Source: a virus. Taken from it: a stretch of DNA of 40,339 nucleotides. Location: UHGV virus genome UHGV-0008619, one strand, 5' to 3'. Below, in pieces: positions 35,629 to 40,339 of the stretch; the stretch's first letter is position 1, and each line of letters opens with the position of its first letter. The notes beneath the pieces are model-generated. The model was given only the letters and a program-made list of their open reading frames with translations, was not told the DNA's origin and did not search any database. The position numbers and the translations under genes were made by a program.

Positions 35629-36135
35629 TCACCCCTCGCAACCCATCGAAGGTGCATATTCACCATAGAAAAAGTTTTCCGCCAAAATGCGAGCGGCGAT
35701 CGCTTCGTCTAGTGAGTCAAATAAACCAATAGATATACGCTTACCTTCATTGTCGGTAATTCTTACTCGCCATTTAGGCTTGCTTCGCTCTGTTTTGTGG
35801 TAGCTAACACCCCTGAATGCAGACAATGTGTGAGTGGCAATATGTTTCTTGTTTCTGCAGTTATGCGCATCATCTGTTTCTCGCAGGTTTACTATCCTGT
35901 TGTCGGTTTTTATTCCATTAATATGGTCAATGTCCTTTTCGGGCCACACTCCATAATGGAAAAACCACGCAAGGCGATGCGCTTTATATCTTCCTATGTG
36001 TATGTATCCGCTTTTATGCTTACACCCTGCTACGCTTCCGGCCTTGATTCTCCCGTGAGGACTAATCTTATAGGTGAAAATACCTGTCGCTGGATCGTAG
36101 TGTAGCTTTCGTTTTAGTTCATCATCACTTTCCAT
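35629..36135 (-). CDS. HNH homing endonuclease (HNH plus AP2-like), inserted between endolysin and spanin genes
   Basis: IKAGSVAGCKH, HRLAWFFHYGVWPEKDIDHINGIKTDNRIVNLR; paralogue of 1457..1963; overlaps both neighbours' ends. Confidence 0.85.
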   Translation of the reverse strand: MESDDELKRKLHYDPATGIFTYKISPHGRIKAGSVAGCKHKSGYIHIGRYKAHRLAWFFHYGVWPEKDIDHINGIKTDNRIVNLRETDDAHNCRNKKHIATHTLSAFRGVSYHKTERSKPKWRVRITDNEGKRISIGLFDSLDEAIAARILAENFFYGEYAPSMGCEG

Positions 36136-36616
36136 TGGTTACGCCCCATTCACATATAGCACGTTCAATATCGCGACGATTCTTTAAGCCTTGTATATAC
36201 CTCCCATTGTCATACACCCAGCGATCCATCTCCTTACACGCTCCCTTAAAGTCGCCTTTGTTTATTTTTTTTAACAAGGTTGATTTTTTGAAAGCGTCAA
36301 CCCCGATATTGTATGAAAAGCTAATTAGCGCGGCGCGTTGGTAGTCATTCATGTCAACTTTTACATAACGATCGACCGCCTTTTTGTAAACGGCTAAGTG
36401 TTTTTGTAAAAGTCTATCGCATTCATCAGGTGTGTATCTCTTACCAGGGACAACATCAGGGCCGGTTATGCCATTGCATACAGTTAGCACGCCTCCGGTA
36501 TCGTAATAAGGCTCGTAAGCCGTACCCTCAACCCATATAAGCAAAACAGATGCAATGGCTAACGTTCCACCAGCCGCCGCCTTAGTTAGTCGGTTTTTCA
36601 GCGATTGGCTAATCAT
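36125..36616 (-). CDS. SAR endolysin (T4-lysozyme-like, phage 21 R-type)
   Basis: N-terminal weakly hydrophobic Gly/Ala-rich SAR segment (AAAGGTLAIASVLLI), lysozyme-type motifs (VCNGITG, SFSYNIG...STLLKKIN, RRDIERAICEWG). Confidence 0.85.
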   Translation of the reverse strand: MISQSLKNRLTKAAAGGTLAIASVLLIWVEGTAYEPYYDTGGVLTVCNGITGPDVVPGKRYTPDECDRLLQKHLAVYKKAVDRYVKVDMNDYQRAALISFSYNIGVDAFKKSTLLKKINKGDFKGACKEMDRWVYDNGRYIQGLKNRRDIERAICEWGVTNGK

Positions 36617-36817
36617 TTACTTATTCCCCATTCGCGCGTCGTGTTCCTCTTGCGCTCGCTTATTCTCCTGTGATTTGAAGTAATAATTAACGGCAAATGT
36701 GCCTACGGTTGATAAGATACCCACAAAGACGGCAATGTCATTGATGGTTATCGCGCCGAAAAAAGCAGTTACGGCCCCAGTCACATACGCACACGCCTCC
36801 CGCATTCTGTCGAACAT
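36617..36817 (-). CDS. class II holin (pinholin-like)
   Basis: 66 aa, two TM segments, dual Met start (M1/M5), charged C-terminus; immediately upstream of SAR endolysin. Confidence 0.7.
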   Translation of the reverse strand: MFDRMREACAYVTGAVTAFFGAITINDIAVFVGILSTVGTFAVNYYFKSQENKRAQEEHDARMGNK

Positions 36818-36832
36818 AGATTTTCCTCCAAC

Positions 36833-36860
36833 AAAGCAAAAACCCGGCGCGGGGCCGGGT
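36833..36860 (-). terminator. rho-independent terminator immediately upstream of holin RBS (late-operon tR'-like)
   Basis: ACCCGGC-GCGGG-GCCGGGT hairpin followed by TTTTTGCTTTG then GGAGG and holin ATG. Confidence 0.6.
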
Positions 36861-36924
36861 AGTTACAGTTTCGCATTGTTAGGTAATATTTTAATCTGTT
36901 TGTTTTCGACCCACAAATACGGCT

Positions 36925-37101
36925 TTACGCAGTTCTGTATATCAGTTTGTTATCAAACAATGTTTGCATGTGTTCGCGATCCATGTCGCTTAATTCCCAA
37001 TAAGGAACATCTTCATTCCTTATCATCACCTCTTCGCCTCTTACCAAATAGGCGATGTCAAATACCTTATGCAAATAGATGCCATCTTCGATCTCGTTCA
37101 T
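36925..37101 (-). CDS. small hypothetical protein (58 aa), paralogue of 37098..37280
   Basis: ATG overlaps stop of upstream gene; shares IEDG(I/V)Y...V.GEE/DD(V/I).IR pattern with neighbour. Confidence 0.4.
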   Translation of the reverse strand: MNEIEDGIYLHKVFDIAYLVRGEEVMIRNEDVPYWELSDMDREHMQTLFDNKLIYRTA

Positions 37102-37280
37102 AGGTCGCTAACCTTTACCAGTTCACCAGCATCAAGAAATATTTTAATTGTTTCTCGCGTCGTCTTAATGATTGGCGCTACCCACTCGCCACCGCCAACA
37201 CGGATACGAATATCATCACCTTCCACGCGGTAAAACAGCCTGTCGACTACTGTTGCTGCGTACACGCCATCTTCAATCAT
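37098..37280 (-). CDS. small hypothetical protein (60 aa)
   Basis: ORF in compact - strand operon. Confidence 0.45.
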   Translation of the reverse strand: MIEDGVYAATVVDRLFYRVEGDDIRIRVGGGEWVAPIIKTTRETIKIFLDAGELVKVSDL

Positions 37281-37476
37281 TTTTACGCTCCTTAATGGCT
37301 CGCTTGATCTGCGCTACCGTAGCATCGAAGAAAGCGAGAAACATCACCACAGGCCATAAAGGAATCTCTAGGCCACCAGGTTCAGCGCCGCTGTACTTAA
37401 TAAAACATGACATCAGGATCGCGCCAGCTATATAAAGCAAAACAATCACAGCAATAAGGCATTCAATCATAATCAT
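37273..37476 (-). CDS. small membrane protein (two predicted TM segments)
   Basis: Hydrophobic segments IECLIAVIVLLYIAGAILM and LWPVVMFLAFF; start 37476 or 37470 after GAGGA. Confidence 0.45.
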   Translation of the reverse strand: MIMIECLIAVIVLLYIAGAILMSCFIKYSGAEPGGLEIPLWPVVMFLAFFDATVAQIKRAIKERKND

Positions 37477-37726
37477 CGTCCTCATCGTCTTCATGTTCAG
37501 CCAGGAACTCATCAACTACGCGGTAAGTCACTGGCGGTATGTATTCGAAATCATCAGAATCGAGATCAAGCGTCCGGCTGTCGCCGTCATCGTCCAGCGT
37601 GTTCATCCCTAATTCACCGAAAGGGCCGTACCCCATGCGGCCCAGGTATTCGCAACCAATCGTAAAGCCAGGATATTCGCCTTTACACCTGATCTTGTAT
37701 AGCTTACTTGATGCGCTCAATTTCAA
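37463..37726 (-). CDS. hypothetical acidic protein
   Basis: 87 aa, very acidic C-terminus (EHEDDEDDDYD). Confidence 0.45.
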   Translation of the reverse strand: MKLSASSKLYKIRCKGEYPGFTIGCEYLGRMGYGPFGELGMNTLDDDGDSRTLDLDSDDFEYIPPVTYRVVDEFLAEHEDDEDDDYD

Positions 37727-38027
37727 TTCCCCCTTCTACCCCTTCAGTCATTTTGTATTCCGCAAACAGTTCAGCACCAAGTAATTCGACATCAACATCA
37801 CCAATGCCAGGGAACGCCAGATAAGCAAAAATAAGGCTTTTAATTCTATTCAGGTCTTCAAGATGGTCTGCATTAAAAGGCGGTTCAGTTACATGGAAGC
37901 ATTTAACGTGCGCGTCGTCTTCAGTGGCTACACGGAAACATGCGCCAGGTTGTCCGGCGAATTGCCCTAATGTTTCCTTGCTCGGTAAAGTGCCACGAAA
38001 AACTTTAACGCTGATAAATTTAGACAT
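37704..38027 (-). CDS. hypothetical protein
   Basis: 107 aa ORF. Confidence 0.45.
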   Translation of the reverse strand: MSKFISVKVFRGTLPSKETLGQFAGQPGACFRVATEDDAHVKCFHVTEPPFNADHLEDLNRIKSLIFAYLAFPGIGDVDVELLGAELFAEYKMTEGVEGGIEIERIK

Positions 38028-38030
38028 TTA

Positions 38031-38288
38031 TTATTCTCCTTCGTAAAGAATTGCCACCAGTTCGGCATCTGTTAGCGTGTTGTGATCTTTATAAGTACCG
38101 TAGCGGGCAACGAAAGCTATTTCGCCAGCTATTTTCCGCCACATAGGGATTGACTCATTAAAATAGGTATTCTCCATTGCCTCCCTGTATGCCAGTTCAT
38201 AAAAACGCCCGCGATTAACATCTTCAATAACGCGGCTGTACTCACCATCAAGCTGACTATTGCCGCGCCACAGCCTGAACACAACCAT
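38031..38288 (-). CDS. hypothetical protein
   Basis: 85 aa ORF. Confidence 0.45.
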   Translation of the reverse strand: MVVFRLWRGNSQLDGEYSRVIEDVNRGRFYELAYREAMENTYFNESIPMWRKIAGEIAFVARYGTYKDHNTLTDAELVAILYEGE

Positions 38289-38290
38289 AA

Positions 38291-38590
38291 TTAAAACTCC
38301 GCACCAGGTAAGCTACGCGCTTTATGCACAGTGTCCTTTTCAAGCCACATATTAGATTTAAGATCCATCATGGATATAGCGGCAACTGGCGCATAATTAT
38401 TTAATGAGTTGATGTGAAATAGTTGATTTCTGGTAAAAATCATGTCGTCGTCTGTTATATATAACCAATCGCCACGCTTACCAACAACAACATGAGATCG
38501 GCCTAAACTGTCTTTAAATTCATAATTGAAGAAAACATCACCTTTAGGCACTTCAACAAAACAGCACGCTATGAACTTATCGCTTTTCAT
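38291..38590 (-). CDS. hypothetical protein
   Basis: 99 aa ORF. Confidence 0.45.
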   Translation of the reverse strand: MKSDKFIACCFVEVPKGDVFFNYEFKDSLGRSHVVVGKRGDWLYITDDDMIFTRNQLFHINSLNNYAPVAAISMMDLKSNMWLEKDTVHKARSLPGAEF

Positions 38591-38633
38591 GATTCAACCC
38601 TTCTGGTTTGATGGGGCCATCCGACCCCGCGCT

Positions 38634-38774
38634 TTATCCTTCTTTGCCTCCTTTGAACCCCAAACACTCCGCGTATTCGTCAATGCTTAATGCTTCCTCA
38701 CCTGGTGCCAGCAATTCAAAGTAACGGGCATATAACTCAAAAACCCATGCCGGATATTTAGCGTTAGCGCTCAT
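38634..38774 (-). CDS. small hypothetical protein (46 aa)
   Basis: GGAGG RBS before ATG 38774; below ORF-track cutoff. Confidence 0.35.
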   Translation of the reverse strand: MSANAKYPAWVFELYARYFELLAPGEEALSIDEYAECLGFKGGKEG

Positions 38775-38888
38775 CTTCTTGCCTCCCCTCCGCCTTTCCG
38801 TGGCTTATATATAACAAAATGGCACTGTCGAAACAATGCCATTTCGTAAACCTTGTGATACAGATCACATTTATGGTTGTCCAACGCC

Positions 38889-39104
38889 TCACCACTTAAC
38901 AAAACGCGCCATTACACGATTATCAAAACTACCCTTAACGACCCCTTTCGCATGATCGCCGTAAAATTGCCACGCATCACCATCATTATCTTTTACATAA
39001 TGAATACCGCCAGCGCCGCGCTTGCACCCGTTGAGAAGGTCAACGCTATATGATTCTCCAACAGTAAAGCACACAGTGTCAGAGTAAACGCATCTTGCAA
39101 ACAT
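38889..39104 (-). CDS. hypothetical protein
   Basis: 71 aa ORF. Confidence 0.4.
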   Translation of the reverse strand: MFARCVYSDTVCFTVGESYSVDLLNGCKRGAGGIHYVKDNDGDAWQFYGDHAKGVVKGSFDNRVMARFVKW

Positions 39105-39106
39105 AA

Positions 39107-39358
39107 TCAGAAAACCCCTTTATAATCGACCGTGTATTTTGCCACTAATTTCCATTCACAATAGCTTTCCATATCGCGCGGCTGCCAGCCTTTCATGCCT
39201 ACCGCACTCCGCGCAGCGTGACGGCGATAATCGTCATTAAGATCCGCAATACACCACGGCTGAAGAAAAAACATGTAATTCGCTTCGTTAACCAGGATAG
39301 ACATTAGTCTTCCAGTGGCCTTATCTTTCGCCATGAAATAACTTACCTTGATTTTCAT
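39107..39358 (-). CDS. hypothetical protein
   Basis: 83 aa ORF. Confidence 0.4.
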   Translation of the reverse strand: MKIKVSYFMAKDKATGRLMSILVNEANYMFFLQPWCIADLNDDYRRHAARSAVGMKGWQPRDMESYCEWKLVAKYTVDYKGVF

Positions 39359-39569
39359 TTTTAATTACCTCGATCAGCATTTCTTCTTCCAGGTTAGCCG
39401 GACGTTTACGGAATATCCCGGCAAAAACCAGATCATCGAGTAGGTCTTTACGCTTAAATAACCACTCTTTCATTATCACCCCGTCGTCACTGCGATATAC
39501 GACGCCGTTTTTCAGAAAATAAAAAGTGTGGGTATTTGTCTGAAGGTACAGATCTTCGTAAACATCCAT
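39321..39569 (-). CDS. hypothetical protein
   Basis: 82 aa ORF. Confidence 0.4.
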   Translation of the reverse strand: MDVYEDLYLQTNTHTFYFLKNGVVYRSDDGVIMKEWLFKRKDLLDDLVFAGIFRKRPANLEEEMLIEVIKNENQGKLFHGER

Positions 39570-39573
39570 GATA

Positions 39574-39801
39574 TTAACCCTCGACTACTTGCAGCCCGCG
39601 CCCCTTGTCGCCCACGAAGTCACCAAGACTGAACGTATACGACCACGCAGGATTGATATAATGGTCATCAGCACCAGCGGCAATGAGATCAGAACCATTA
39701 ATCATGCAAGTAATCTCATCGCTATGGACGACATTAACGACCTTACCAACAACATGTTTCAATGAAGGGTATCCGTGATCGTGCAAGAATTTAACTTTCA
39801 T
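39574..39801 (-). CDS. hypothetical protein
   Basis: 75 aa ORF. Confidence 0.4.
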   Translation of the reverse strand: MKVKFLHDHGYPSLKHVVGKVVNVVHSDEITCMINGSDLIAAGADDHYINPAWSYTFSLGDFVGDKGRGLQVVEG

Positions 39802-40031
39802 TCCTCTGCCTCCCAGCGGTCAATGCTGATTAAAAAGTCCCGGATAGCGTGGCGCTCGTCGCGCGTTGGTTTACGTTTCCGGTAGATCCTGAAATCGAAC
39901 CATTCTTTTTCCTGCTCAAAATCCAGGTCGTAAGCAAGCGCCTCAATGTATCCGCATTCGTGATACCAGTACGCCACGCCAGCACGGACAAAAAAGCGGG
40001 TTTTATCCCGCTTGTGTTCATAGATACGCAT
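39798..40031 (-). CDS. hypothetical protein
   Basis: 77 aa ORF, basic. Confidence 0.4.
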   Translation of the reverse strand: MRIYEHKRDKTRFFVRAGVAYWYHECGYIEALAYDLDFEQEKEWFDFRIYRKRKPTRDERHAIRDFLISIDRWEAEE

Positions 40032-40041
40032 ATCAACCCCG

Positions 40042-40272
40042 TTATGCTGTTGTGTAACTGTCAGTCAGTATTTCATCTTTCATTCTGGCAAGCTGTGCTA
40101 TGTTCATCGTGTAGCCGCCATCAGCGAAAAGCAATTCCGCCGCAGCGCGACGGAAAGCAATATCATCATAGTTACGTGTCCATGTAGCGATCACAACGCG
40201 TTTCCCGTTAGTGGCGAACATAGACAATTCGTTATCAACAACGTCGATAGCACACCAGATTTTTAGCTCCAT
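40042..40272 (-). CDS. hypothetical protein
   Basis: 76 aa ORF. Confidence 0.4.
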   Translation of the reverse strand: MELKIWCAIDVVDNELSMFATNGKRVVIATWTRNYDDIAFRRAAAELLFADGGYTMNIAQLARMKDEILTDSYTTA

Positions 40273-40339
40273 GATTTATCTCCGTAGATCTTGAATAGTT
40301 CACACGCTTCCTGATTTTCCAATATATTCATATGCAGGT

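Noticed and set aside
35797-36344. Plus-strand ORFs (35797..36105, 36135..36344) within the HNH and endolysin genes
   Set aside because: Antisense to genes with strong motif support.
38817-38876. Inverted repeats AAATGGCA/TGCCATTT and GTGAT/ATCAC in intergenic space upstream of the 46 aa gene
   Set aside because: Short stems with no clear promoter or terminator context; possibly an operator but not enough to call.

Overview
The window reads as a near-complete temperate siphovirus (lambdoid-type) genome or prophage of an enterobacterial host, called by reading the sequence and the ORF track only; no database search was run. Bases 1-7020 on the + strand carry an early/replication block: a truncated HTH protein, an HTH-metallophosphoesterase fusion, an HNH endonuclease, a DnaB-like helicase interrupted by an intein, NinB and an excisionase-like protein. 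A P4-type tyrosine integrase with a repeat-rich att-like region follows at 6960-8508. Bases 8509-40272 on the - strand carry a lambda-like tail set (tail fibre, J, I, K, L, M, tape measure, chaperone, major tail), head genes (connector, major capsid, protease/scaffold, portal, terminase small and large), a pinholin/SAR-endolysin/spanin lysis cassette and a run of small unknown genes. The most unusual content is accessory: (1) eight tandem mini-genes (22-32 aa) encoding single-pass hydrophobic peptides next to an HExxH protein, absent from the >=60 aa ORF track; (2) a promoter-to-terminator cassette of four unknown genes between tail genes L and M; (3) a + strand cluster between M and the tape measure gene, ending in a protein with three zinc-ribbon repeats and a T5orf172-like domain; (4) a Cor-like lipoprotein translationally coupled to an unknown 311 aa protein; (5) a secreted-protein moron; (6) an intein with a LAGLIDADG endonuclease in the helicase P-loop; (7) two paralogous HNH endonucleases; (8) a 40-bp element duplicated upstream of M and portal.
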